64,000 nt of DNA from Prorocentrum cordatum (GCA_963575745.1 CAUYUJ010000001.1:2604001-2668000); one strand, 5' to 3'. Shown: positions 38,199 through 49,199, counted from the stretch's first letter. Notes: generated by a model not told the origin, from the sequence alone. Translations and numbers: made by a program.

Positions 38199-38338
38199 CG
38201 AGCGCGTTCCACTACTCGCAAAGTAGCTACTCGCAAATGAACTGGATCCCCCGCGAGGGATCTACGATCAATTACATCGAAGCAGACACGTGTGCGTTCG
38301 GTGCGAGTAGGCACTTTGCGAGTAGTGGAACGCGCTCG
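38199..38338. mobile_element. 140-bp MITE-like element with perfect 26-bp terminal inverted repeats
   Basis: CGAGCGCGTTCCACTACTCGCAAAGT (38199-38224) and its reverse complement (38313-38338); longer relative at ~58516-58832. Confidence 0.75.
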
Positions 38339-39519
38339 GTGACTGGAGGACGGCCCAAGTCTCAAAACAATGCGGTCACCCCGAATCCCCACTGACTCAC
38401 CGCACGGTGTGGTTGCCGCACCGTTTGGAGGCCCCCGAGAGAAGCTGCGAGTCCGGCCTCGGCGCCGCGGCCGAGTTCGACGAGCTCGCTGCCGGTGGGA
38501 GGTGTGGCCACCGATAGGCAGCCTGAAGGGCGACAACTCTGGTCCACCGTCCGAGACTGGCGGGGGCACCGACGTCTTTCTCTTGACGGCCTCCTTGACA
38601 TCGCGGTCGATGGCAGAGTCAAAGCCCGCACAGTCGACGGCTCCGACCTCGGCTCCGCGTCCGGCTTCGGCGGGAGCGCCAGTGCCGTACTGCTGCATAA
38701 CACGCCGTCGGGCCTTGACGACCTGGAGGCCCAGGCTGATAGCCTCGCCCACAGTCGCGCACGAGGCAGTCGCTGCTGCCATCCCGCGCATGGGCAAAAC
38801 GGGAGCGACGACGGCTGGCGATGAGGAGCACGGGTGCCAGAACGCACTTCGCCGTGAGGCACGGCTCCGATAAGGACGGCGACGAACCTATGCTTCATGA
38901 GCCCGCTGCCGCTGACGGAAGGGCGGCACTGGCGCCAGGGGCCTGGGAGCAGCGACAGCACAGGCCCGAACAACTCAGTGGGCTCGCAGACACCATCGGT
39001 GTCGCGTAAGAGGGCGCGCTCCCAACTCCGACGCCTTCGCCTAGCTCGAGTCCGACGCCGATGGCAGGGAGGTGCTGGCACACCAGGACGGGGAGCCGAT
39101 GAAACACCACGAGGATCTTCCACAAGACAAGGAGCAGGGGCTCAAATGGATGAGGATGAGGACCAGTTGGACGCTGCCGTGGCTCGAGTGCGATGTGTCA
39201 ACTCACGCGTCGATGAGAAGCTTGCCAATGGTGCCCCCATTCACTCGCTACTACTGTGCCGCGTTTCCAGCAGCACATCTCGCGAGGTACGGCCCCATGC
39301 CAGACCTGTCCGCATACCTTGTCGTGCGCTGCTGGCTTAGCTGGCACGCCGATGTTATGTTCACTCGACGTCCGTAAGGACACCTCGGCCCTAGTTTTGT
39401 TCAGTGTTCTTGTTTCTGTGAGCAGCTCCAACTTGTTCTTCGCGAGGTGCACTGGATTGCTTGGCTGACTGACAAACTGAATGACTGACTTACTTGTCGC
39501 ACCCGTCAGCCGGCCGATC

Positions 39520-39920
39520 TATATTCGGCCGCCGATTGCGCAACCGATGGTGCAACCAGTAAAAGGCTGATTCTTCTCGGCCGCCGAGTGCGCGCCGTGA
39601 GGAGCAACAGGTAACTAGCAGGCCGTTCGACTCTCGGCCGTCGAGTGCGGCACCCATGGCGCAACCAGAAGCGGGCCCCTTTATTGGCGGCCGCCGAGTG
39701 CGCAGCCTATGGCGAACCCGATCGCAGGTCGTTTTACTATCTGGCGCCGAGTGCGCAACCTATGGCGCAGCCGATCGCAGGCTGTGATATTCTCGGCTGC
39801 CGAGTGGACGACCTATGGCGCAACCAATGTCAAGCCGCTTTATCCTGGGCCACCGAGTGCGCAATAGCAGGCCCTTCGACTCCGGGCCGCCGAGTTAGCA
39901 ACGCATGGGGCAACCGATGG
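39520..39920. repeat. ~53-bp degenerate tandem repeat, about 8 units
   Basis: Core tctcggccgccgagtgcgcaacc(t/c)atggcgcaacc. Confidence 0.8.
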
Positions 39921-40391
39921 ATGGCGAAAGGGGGGGGAATAGCAAAGGGGGCGTTTGAGAATCAGCTCACGTAGTTGATTTTCCCGGCGCCTCCCGGCGC
40001 CGGAGGCGGCTATGTATCGAGGAATGGTCCCAGCGGCGGGGCCGAAACCAGCTGCATGCCGCAGATTTCGTACCCCCGCCTTTCCCAATACCACCCTTTC
40101 GTCTGCCCCGAAACCCATGGGCCGCGCAATCCATGGATGGAACGATGGAGCTTATCGCAATCCATGGACGGCACCGCAACCGATGGCGCAGCCCAGGGAC
40201 CGCGCAACCCATGGCGCGCAGCATGGGAGGCACCTTCTCGATCTTCCGCCGATGAGGAGGAGGTGGAGGAGGGGGAGGGGGAGGAGGAGGAGGAGGAGGA
40301 GGAGGAGGAGGAGGAGGAGGAGGAGCGAACGTAACCTTGAAGGAAGGTTCGTCCGCGCTTAGCCGAGCGCGCGGCGCGCCCGCGCCTCCAC

Positions 40392-43300
40392 TCAGGTCAG
40401 AGGAAGCTGGAGGGCGCGGCGGGCGGCGGCGAAGGCGGTGTACTGGTCGTGGTAGGAGATCGGGAGGGGGTGGTCCTTGGTGAGGTGGTATGCCCGCGTC
40501 GCGACGGCGAGGCGCGTGGCGGAGTTCGGGATGCCGTTCTCGCCGTCGAACGGGTGCGACAGCTCGGGGAGCGCCATGCGCGTGAGGAGGTCGGCGCTCA
40601 GCTGGCCGCGGGCAGGCTCAGCTGGTGCCACATGCGCTCGCACGTCATGTAGTGCTGAATGTTGTCCTTGGCGAGCGGGTGCGTGCACCCGAAGTGGCAA
40701 GGGCGCTTGTCCTGGATGACATGCATGCGGTAGCTGGTGGCCCATGCGCCCACGAGGGCCTTCACTGTGGCCCACATCCGTGCGGGCGGTTGCGTGGCCA
40801 GGTAGGTGCGCAGGCGTTTCCATCGAGCTGGAAGATCGGCAGGAACCCGTTGGAGACGTAGAAGATCAGGCGGCTCGTCTTCATCATCGGGAGGGTCTTC
40901 GTCGCCGTCGGGGAAGTCGGCGTCACTGATGTCGGTGTCGGGCAGCTGGTACGGGGGAAAGTTGGTGACCCAGCGGCGGCGAGCACGATGTTGGGCAGCC
41001 TCATGTTGAAGTAGCGAAATCTGGCTGCTCGGTTCATCTGAGCGGGTCCGAGCTCTTGAGAGGCGATGTTCGAGGAGGATTCTGCCAGTACCGCTGTTGT
41101 CCCATGCCTGCTGACACATATCGGCGGCGATCTGTCGACGGCGAGTGGAGGTGGCATAAAGCGGGCGAGAGGTCTCGGATCCGAGAAGCTCGCACAGGTA
41201 CTCTGTGCACCACTGCATCCAGTCTGAGCGGTTGTCGATCGTGTTGTCGTTGAGCAGGATGTCGGGGATCCAGTGGGCGGCCCACGCACGAGCTCGGTCA
41301 GCCAGGCGTTCTTGCACGATTTCGGCTTTTCGGCGAGGCCCGCTGATCGGTTCCCTGGTTAGCGACTTCGCAGGGTCAAGAGACGGGAACCAGGACATGA
41401 GCCGCCGCTTGATGGTGTCTGCCATCGTGTCGGTGTAGAGCTGCTCGTTGAGGGACATCATGTAGGCCTTCTGCGGCGTGATCTGTGCGGCTCGGCGGCG
41501 GTGCGATTCTTGTTGCTGCTGTAGGAGGGCCTGCATTCCAGCACGGGCGGCTCGCTTGTGGATGCCAATCATAGCGGCTCGGGCGCGGGGAAGGGGGCCC
41601 GCTGTGCGGGTCAACCTCTTTAAGTGGGAACCCTTGCCGTCGGGGAAGAAAGTAGAGTTGGTGATGTGCTCGAAACGTTGGACAATGGAAGTCTTGATGG
41701 ACCAGCACTCGCTGCACCAGCGGCCGCGCTGCACTGTGACAATGGGGAGCTGCTCGTACGCGGTGTCGCAGAGCGCGTTGAATGCATCGCGCCACTCTGC
41801 CACCGCGTTGGTGGCTGTGCGCCACATAGTGGCTGCCAGGTAGTTCTCGATGCCAGTGGGAACCTCAGCCTTGGTCCAGAGGGACATCGCGAGGATGTCG
41901 GACTTCGCGAAGCTGGACGGGGCGACGCGCAGCAACTTGTGGATGGCCTTCAGCTCCTTCTGGAGGATGCCCTCCGAGGGTTCGAATAGCTGGCCAACGT
42001 AACCGAGGACCGTGACGGCAGCGACGTTGCACAGTTTGATGCTTTGCTGGATAGGGGCGTGGGACGCAGCAAGCTTCTCGATGCGGTCCCACCACTTGAC
42101 CGCGGGGCCGCGCCATTGGTCGTCAAGTGTGGCGCCAGGGCCGATGATGAAGCCGAGGTATCTGGCGCTGGACTCAACTTTGAAGGCGGCCCGGGGAGCG
42201 TGGGCGGTCGCAAGTACTTGACGTATCTCTGCAATGATGTCCTGAGTGGGCAACGTCCAGGTCGGGACCACGATGCATTCCTTGGCCTGGAGGCACAGCC
42301 CCGCGAGAGTCTCCACCGCGATGATGTGCGGCGCGAGCTTGCTGATGTCCGCGAGCCTCGCGAGGATAATGCCGAGGTCGTCAGCACATGCGCTAACCAG
42401 ACCGCGCTCGATGGCTGAGAGCTCTCTGGTGAGGGCTCTGATGACGGGGTCGAAGACGAGGGCCCATATCGTTCCGCTTAACGGGCAACCCTGGGCGACT
42501 CCTGGGGCTGCGATCAGGAGGGGGTGGCGTGCACCTGCCAGGTCCAGGTAGGAGACAGGCCAATGGTAGCAGGCTTGAAGCAGGTGAAGCATGTGTCCGT
42601 GGATGCCCCACCGCTGGAGAACGCTCCACATCCAGCGGTGGCCGAGGCTGGGGAAAGCGGCCGCGATGTCCATGCTGACAAAGACGGGCTTGTCAGTAGC
42701 TGCATTAGGTGAAAGACTGTGACGTCGAGCGGCGGCGTCCACCACGACGACGTTGCGCAAAAACTGGCGGCCATTGACGAATCCCTGCTGCTCGGGGGAC
42801 GTCTCGGCTGCGAGGGCGTGAAGCTGCTTCACGTCCGAGTTCTCCATTGAGAGCGGACGTAGGCACTCCGCAGGGCTCGTCGCCCTTCGGTAGCGTGGCC
42901 ATGAGGGAGTAGTTGAGGTCGTGAGGCGGTGCGCGTCGGGTAGCGATGCCCCTGCAGAAGTCGGCGAGGATGTCGAAGCTGTCGGGAGTACGCAGCCATG
43001 CTTTGTAAGGAAGTGTGTCAGGACCTGGTGCTGAATCGCCAGCCAGGCGAGCGGCCTTCTCGAGAGCTTGGGCGTCAGGAAGGTCGAGGTGAGTGAGTGC
43101 GCGTCTGGGAAAGATCGAGTCGAGGTAGTTGGAGAGGGCGTCGTCGGGAACATGATTTGCGGAGAAGACAGGGGCCCAGTGGCGCATGATGGCCTGATGC
43201 ATCGTCGCGGGGTCGGTGACGATGTTGGTGACGCCGCCCGCGATGATCTTGAGGCCCGTCAAGACGAGCCGCTTGGAGAAGGGCTTCCAGAGCTCGCCGT

Positions 43301-44694
43301 GGAGGCCTTCACGTTTGGCGCGCTGGCGCCACTTCTGACCGAGCTGGACATTGTTGGCGGCGAAAGCGGCTCGCGAGCGTGCCGCAGAGAGGGCCTTGCG
43401 CTCATCACTAAGGCTCGCGTGCGTGGCGTCGGTGGTCGAGGTGAAGTCATGCATGTCGTTGATGCTGACGGTGCGACCGTCAATCTTCAGGTGCAGTTTG
43501 CCGATGTCAGTGTTGTCGATCAGCGTCTGGGCAAGGGGGATGTTCTGGTACCATGCGGCCCTGGCGATGCTGCGTAGTGTCGTGGCCCTGGTCTCCTTTC
43601 TGACAGTACCACTTTGTGATGATAGTTCGGCGGCTGGGATCTTGAGAAGCGTGTCGCGGGCTCTGGCAGCAGCAACTCTCATGGCTGCCTTCAAGGCCCT
43701 CCAGCGCGCCGTGGGAGTGAGGGAAGACATGTCGACCGCGGCGAGCACTCTTGTGATGTGGTGCTTGTAGTGGTCGGTGTCGAAGATGTACGCGGGGATG
43801 CCGCGCTCGGTGACCTTCTTGGGCTTGCGAAGACGGATGCGCAGGTGCATGATCTTGTGGTCGCTGACGGGGCCCTTGGGGTTCTCGAGGGGAGCGTCGT
43901 CGGCGATGTAGACAGTTTCCATGAAGGGCATGAGGTGGCTGGGTAGGTTGATGAAGCAGCGGTCAATCGTCGATTCATTCTTGTTAGCCTCCGACCTGTG
44001 TGTCGTCGAGGGAGTCACTATCTCGATGACGTCGCGGAACAGGTTGCGCCAGAAGACAGGTTGGTACTGGTACCGCTGTGAAGCTGTGGTGTCTGAGTCG
44101 ACAGGCGTGTTGATCGAGCGTGGTGGGAACTCGGAGACGTTGAAGTCGCCGACGATGACTAGAAGCCGATGCTGAGGGGCTTCGTCAGCATGATGGCGGA
44201 GAGCGTGCCATTGGTCACGAAGGAGAAACCGATCTGCTGGAGTCAAGCCGAAGTTGTGAATGTTGAGGACGGTGACTTCGTGCTGGAGGTTGGCATCCGT
44301 GGTCCGGAGCCGCGCGGCTCGGCCAGGGATGACGACCTCGAACCTGAGTTGAGGCCGTTCGTCAGGGGGAAGTTGAAGCTCTGCTTTGTCGTAAGGGGAC
44401 GAGGAAGCCGATGCCACCAGCGTTCGTTACGGGCACGCCGTTGACCTTCACAGGCGAGTGGAAAGCTTTGTACCGATGTTGAGTAGAGTTCGCCAGCAGC
44501 TTGAGGTCGTCCAGTGTCCCATGAGTCTCTTGAACTGCAATGAGAGCTCGTTGGCGAAAATATGGTAGGAGTTGCTGGCGTTTGTCCGCGCGACGTAGTG
44601 CGGACTGTCCGAGAAGCGCTTGCGAGTTCCAGAATGCGATGTCCAGGCCCTCCTGCGAGGGCTTCAGGAGCCAGGGGCTCCAGCGAAGGCTAAA
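40392..44694 (-). pseudogene. LINE-D ORF2 (APE-RT-CCHC), several frameshifts
   Basis: AFWNSQAL, AVQETH, VGDFN, TIDRCF, SDH; SAPGPD, RPLSM, QQGF, DIAAAF, GVAQGCPLS, ACADD; CHFGC..HYMTC. Confidence 0.9.
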
Positions 44695-45700
44695 GCCACT
44701 GTGCGGCGGCGAGGGGGTCTGCGAAGTTGCTGATGAACTCGGCTGCAATCTGCTTCTGGTCATCTTCAGAGATTCCGAGTCTGATGGCGGCTTGTGACCA
44801 CTGGAGCTTAGTAGGAGCATCAGCATTGCTGCCAACAATAAGCCGAACCAAGGCTTCGCCACGGCACGAAATGTATCCCAGGGTTCTGTGTGAGCGAGCG
44901 TCGAGGTCGGGCTTGAAGTTCTGCATGATCTTGGCGAGGCGCTTGATCTGGACCTCCGTGCGGACGGCCTTCGGGCTTTTGTCGGCAGATACGTATAAAG
45001 GAACGAGTTTGTCATTACCACAATCGAGAGTAAATGTGCGCCAATCCTTTCCATTGCGCAAAGTATTATGAAGCCGTTGCGCCCGAGGTTCCGCAACCAC
45101 TGTGCCTCCACTGACTTGAAACGAATGGCGCTTGGAGGGGCCAACTGTGTTGAAGATGACCATATCCTTCTTGATGTTGGCGGCCTGGAACCATGGGATA
45201 AGCGCTTTTTCCAGGTGCTGCTGACTGAACTCCTGCGGGCTGCTGCACCAGAAGGTCGTGATGTCGGGGTCGCGGTCCCAGCTGCCCAGGCCGTCCAGGT
45301 TGAGGGCGGGAGCGCGTGCTTCAGCTGCTGTGACAATGGACTCGAGCTTGGCGACGGCGGCTTTGAGTTCGGAGTTCTGTTTTTCCAGGGCATTGGTGCG
45401 GAGCTTGACTGCGGTGATGTCTCGTTCTGTGGCTTCGTGCCGTCTGCTGAGGTCGGACGTGATCTGCGTGAGGGAGGCGAGAAACTCTGAGCTGGCCTTT
45501 GCTGTGACTGCCTTGGCTGTGGCTTCGAACTTTTCGGTGGCGTCTTTGATCTGGGCAGCCATGGTCTCCTCGAGTTGCTTACGAACATGTGCTGGGAGGT
45601 CGTGGACTGCGAGTTTGGAAGCACTGTCATGCCATGGATCTTGTTGTCGCTTGACAGGGTCGGTGGCTCCGTCTCGAGGGGTTGATGCAGCGCTGGCCAT
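44690..45700 (-). CDS. LINE-D ORF1 (coiled coil followed by an alpha/beta region)
   Basis: Open frame MASAAS...QWL*; heptads ITAVKLRTNALEKQNSELKAAVAKLE; position between SL and APE. Confidence 0.8.
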   Translation of the reverse strand: MASAASTPRDGATDPVKRQQDPWHDSASKLAVHDLPAHVRKQLEETMAAQIKDATEKFEATAKAVTAKASSEFLASLTQITSDLSRRHEATERDITAVKLRTNALEKQNSELKAAVAKLESIVTAAEARAPALNLDGLGSWDRDPDITTFWCSSPQEFSQQHLEKALIPWFQAANIKKDMVIFNTVGPSKRHSFQVSGGTVVAEPRAQRLHNTLRNGKDWRTFTLDCGNDKLVPLYVSADKSPKAVRTEVQIKRLAKIMQNFKPDLDARSHRTLGYISCRGEALVRLIVGSNADAPTKLQWSQAAIRLGISEDDQKQIAAEFISNFADPLAAAQWL

Positions 45701-45930
45701 GCAGTCGACGGGAGGACCCAGGTTGGCGACGACAGCGAACTGAGCGAACTGAGGCCCGCGCCAGCCTCTGGTGGCAATCCGCCGAAGTGCGCGTGGAGGA
45801 GACTGCAGGCGAATGCAGCTCCAGATATGAAGCTCAACCCGCTGGGCAGCAGGAAGGCGAGGATATGAAAACGTGTCCTTAGCTGTCCCTGGACCAAGGG
45901 TCTCCGTGCTCTGCCACGGGGCTGAATCAT

Positions 45931-45952
45931 CTTGAGCCAAAATGGCTACGGA
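45931..45952 (-). other. Perfect 22-nt DinoSL at LINE-D 5' end
   Basis: TCCGTAGCCATTTTGGCTCAAG. Confidence 0.97.
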
Positions 45953-46765
45953 GGAGGAGGAGGAGGAGGAGGAGGAGGGGGAGGAGGAGGAGGAGGAGGA
46001 GGAGGACGAGGAGGAGGAGGAGGAGGAGGAGGACGAGGAGGAGGAGGAGGACGAGGAGGAGGGGGGGCTCCGGTTGTGGGGCAGCTCCTCCGAACCCCCC
46101 CTGCTCCCCGATCCGTCTCATCCGCCTTGCCTCTGCTCCTCGAGCCTCGCACTCCTCCGGCTCTTCCTCTTCCTGGCTCCGCCCTGCAGAAAGGGGCCCT
46201 GAGACACACAAAAAAACAGACACGAATGACAGGATACACCATGTCTGCCCATATCTTCTGGGCTTTTTGTCTTCCCCACCGCTTCCCATATGTTTCCATA
46301 TTTTCCTGGAAACCGACGGTTGATTGTGTCTGTGTGTTTTTCCCCTCCTGACCTGATCTCCTCACTTTTCAAGGATTCAAGTCCCCGTCTGCCCTTGACT
46401 GTCGAGAGATGGGCCCTGCTCGAAAATCGGTCGAATCGATGGGATCACCGACTCGATCGAATCGAGCCGCATCAGAGGAGGAGGCGAGTCGCCTGTTGGG
46501 ATGCGTACGTGGTCGAATCGACCGAAGGATGCGTACATTGTCGAATTGATCGAATCATGGACAGCCCTGGAATACCGAAGCTCATCTCCTCGACCTTCCG
46601 GCTGCTGCTGCCCCTCCTTCTCCTCGATCCTCCTACTGGCCCTCCTCCTACGGGTACGGCGTCAAGGCTTGCCTGGGGAGATGCTGCTGGCTGATGTGGA
46701 CGTGGCCGGCTTGCCCGGGGTGATACTGATGTGCAACTGGCCCGACGCAGTAGGCACGGCGACGC

Positions 46766-49132
46766 TCACGCCCCAGCGCCGTGAGCACGGCGACGCCGCG
46801 GCGCCGTGCCAGTCGCCTCGGCCTCGGCCTTTGCACCCGAAGCCGCCTCGTAGCAGGCAGCGCACGGGCTGGGCGCGCCTGCGCCGTCGACCTGGGGCGC
46901 AGGCAGCGCCTTCGGCGTCAGGCTCACCAGGCGGGCGTACTCCTCCTCGAGGCCTTTGGCGCGCCAGTCGACGTCGCGGCCGGGCGAGCGACCAGGCGCC
47001 GCAACCAGGCCGGCGACCTCTGAAGCTGGCGGGCGGCTGGCCTGCGGCACCTCCACAGAGGTGGCTGGCGGCCGCTTCGGAGTCCAGACCTTCTGCTTCG
47101 GGCCCGGCCGCGCCGGACTCGCCCTGGACTTCTTCGCGGCCGCCCGCGCCGGGGAGGCCGCCGGCGAGGGCCGCGCAGGCGTCGGCGGGGGGGCCGCCGG
47201 CGGGGCCGCCAGCGCGCTGTGGCCTGGAGCGTCGGCGTCGTTGCCGCCGCCTGCGGGGTCAAGCGTCGGCAGGGACTGCGTCCGCCGCAAGGGCCTCTGT
47301 GCCATCTCCGCCTCGCCCTCCGGGATGTTTATGAACGTGTTCTTGACGCTGGGCCGCGCAGACGTCAGCGGGGAGTCCGCCAGCGAGGGCTCGGCGGCGG
47401 GCGGCGCGTCCGCCGCGCGCTGCGCGCCCTCCTCCTCGCTCGCATCCACGAAGGCCGGGCGGCGCGAGAGCTGGGCGACCACGGAGGGAAGGTGGAAGGA
47501 GAGCTTGCGCTGGAAGGCCTGCTGCATCTCCCTGGGGCTGCCGCTGGGGCGCGCAGGCGTCGGCGGGGAGTCCGCCAACGATGCCGCCGGCGAGGGCCGC
47601 GCAGATCTCGGTGGGGGGGACGATGGCGAGGGCTCGGCTTCGGGCGGGGCGGCCGCCGCGCGCTGCGAGCCCTCCTCCTCGACGTCCTCAAAGACGAGGC
47701 GGCGCGAGAGCGGCGCGGGAGCCTCCTCCCCGATGCTGGCCGCCTGCTGCTTTCGGCGCTGCTGGCCCTCAGCCACAGCTGCGCACGCCGCCTCCAACAG
47801 CCGCTCTGAGCTTGGGGCTGGGCTCCTGCTGAGATCGCGCAGGGGCGGACTGCCGCCAGCCTCGGCGCAGCTGTTGCCCTCCCCGAGGTTGGCCTGCTGC
47901 TCTCGGCGCTGCTTGCCCTCAGTCACTGCTGCGCACGCTGCCTCCAACACCCGCTCTGGGCTTGGGGCCGGGCTCCTGCTCAGGTGGCGCCTGGGGGGGC
48001 TGCCATCCCTGATGCACGCGCCGCTGCCATCCCAGATGTCGGCCCCCTCTGGGCGCGCGGGTGAGTGACTCAGGGAGCGGCTGACCCGATCCTGGAGCCG
48101 CTCCTGGAGCGCCTCGCGCCTGAGCTGCTCCACCAGGGCCTTCGGCGGGCTTGCCGATGGAGACCTGGCGGCTGGCGAGAAGGGCGTGAACGACGCGGCG
48201 AGGGGGTTCAGGGGTTTAGCCTTGGGGGATGCGGCAAGCATCGCCTCGGCGCGGCAGGCAGGAGGCGGCCGCCAGGCGCCGACCAGGTTGGCCTCGGAGA
48301 GGGCCGTGGGCCCGGATGCCGAGGTGGCGCTGGTGCTCGGAGCGGCTGCGGGCGGAGGGAACGGCGAGCGGGGCGCCGGAAGCGCGATCGGACAGCCCGC
48401 GGGGGGCGGCGGCGGCTCCAGAGGCGCGGGCAGCACGGACAGGCCTCCTGCCAGGGGCGTCGGCGAGACGACCTGCCTCCGCCAGGGACCGGGGACGGCG
48501 AGAGCATCGACGGCGCCCGCCGCGCAGCCGCAGGAGGCCTCCAGCGGCTCCACGCGCACGGCGGCGGGGTGCTTCCGCAGGTGCCGCCAGCGCAGCAGCA
48601 CCAACAGCAGGACCGCGTCGACGAGGCTGGCTGCGCCGCACCACGCCCAGGCAGACGCAGACCGAGGGACTGCACTCGCGGTGGGGGCCAAGGGAGCATG
48701 TGCGGCGATCACTGCAGCGAGCTCCACTGCTTCGTTCTGAATGGCAGTCCTATCCGCGGCTGACTTCTCGGCAGACGCATCGGTTGCATTCTGCGCAGCT
48801 GCCCACTGCGCAACCATACGCTCTTGTGCCGTCGCCTCGTCGACAATCCTATCCTTCGCGGCGGTCTCCTGAACTGCCGACTCTTTTGCCGCCGCCTTCT
48901 TGTCCGTCCTTCCTTTGACCGTCTTGTCCCAAACTGCTTGCGATGCGCACCATGGGTGCGCTGCAGGCAGGTGCTGTGAAATGTCAGGCAAGTCCTCAGA
49001 AATGCCAGCCATGAGGGCCTCTCTGATCAATTGCACATCTGGCAAAATGGGCAACTGCTCGCCTGGGAGATACGCCTTCCACACGCAGAAACCCCAGAAG
49101 ACGGTGATCGCCGCTGCGGTCCCGGAAACCAT
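46766..49132 (-). CDS. Intronless hypothetical protein with two hydrophobic segments, internal repeats and a VKNTF motif (probable retrogene)
   Basis: 788-codon ORF with ATG; VKNTFINI...RRTQSLP motif common in dinoflagellate proteins; SL-like relic upstream; true C-terminus may be frameshifted to ~46662. Confidence 0.6.
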   Translation of the reverse strand: MVSGTAAAITVFWGFCVWKAYLPGEQLPILPDVQLIREALMAGISEDLPDISQHLPAAHPWCASQAVWDKTVKGRTDKKAAAKESAVQETAAKDRIVDEATAQERMVAQWAAAQNATDASAEKSAADRTAIQNEAVELAAVIAAHAPLAPTASAVPRSASAWAWCGAASLVDAVLLLVLLRWRHLRKHPAAVRVEPLEASCGCAAGAVDALAVPGPWRRQVVSPTPLAGGLSVLPAPLEPPPPPAGCPIALPAPRSPFPPPAAAPSTSATSASGPTALSEANLVGAWRPPPACRAEAMLAASPKAKPLNPLAASFTPFSPAARSPSASPPKALVEQLRREALQERLQDRVSRSLSHSPARPEGADIWDGSGACIRDGSPPRRHLSRSPAPSPERVLEAACAAVTEGKQRREQQANLGEGNSCAEAGGSPPLRDLSRSPAPSSERLLEAACAAVAEGQQRRKQQAASIGEEAPAPLSRRLVFEDVEEEGSQRAAAAPPEAEPSPSSPPPRSARPSPAASLADSPPTPARPSGSPREMQQAFQRKLSFHLPSVVAQLSRRPAFVDASEEEGAQRAADAPPAAEPSLADSPLTSARPSVKNTFINIPEGEAEMAQRPLRRTQSLPTLDPAGGGNDADAPGHSALAAPPAAPPPTPARPSPAASPARAAAKKSRASPARPGPKQKVWTPKRPPATSVEVPQASRPPASEVAGLVAAPGRSPGRDVDWRAKGLEEEYARLVSLTPKALPAPQVDGAGAPSPCAACYEAASGAKAEAEATGTAPRRRRAHGAGA

Positions 49133-49199
49133 TCGGGGCGACGCCTTGTGTGCAAGCGGTCAAGAAACAGGGGCACGCGTGCTCAGGGGGAAAACACAA

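Larger units (their letters stand above)
40326..45952 (-). mobile_element. LINE-D: full-length L1/Tx1-like non-LTR retrotransposon (ORF1; APE-RT-ZnF, no RNase H)
   Basis: Perfect SL head; (GAG)n on both flanks (40253-40325, 45951-46066); ORF2 motifs. Confidence 0.92.

Noticed and set aside
39520..39920. CRISPR-like array
   Set aside because: Repeats are degenerate, variable parts are short and related to each other, there are no cas genes, and the context is eukaryotic.
16151..45952. SL copies as SL-RNA genes, or LINEs as NeSL/CRE-like inserts into SL genes
   Set aside because: No GT donor or SL intron follows any copy (next bases are CCA, TCC, ATG), there is no SL tandem unit, and the elements are APE-type.
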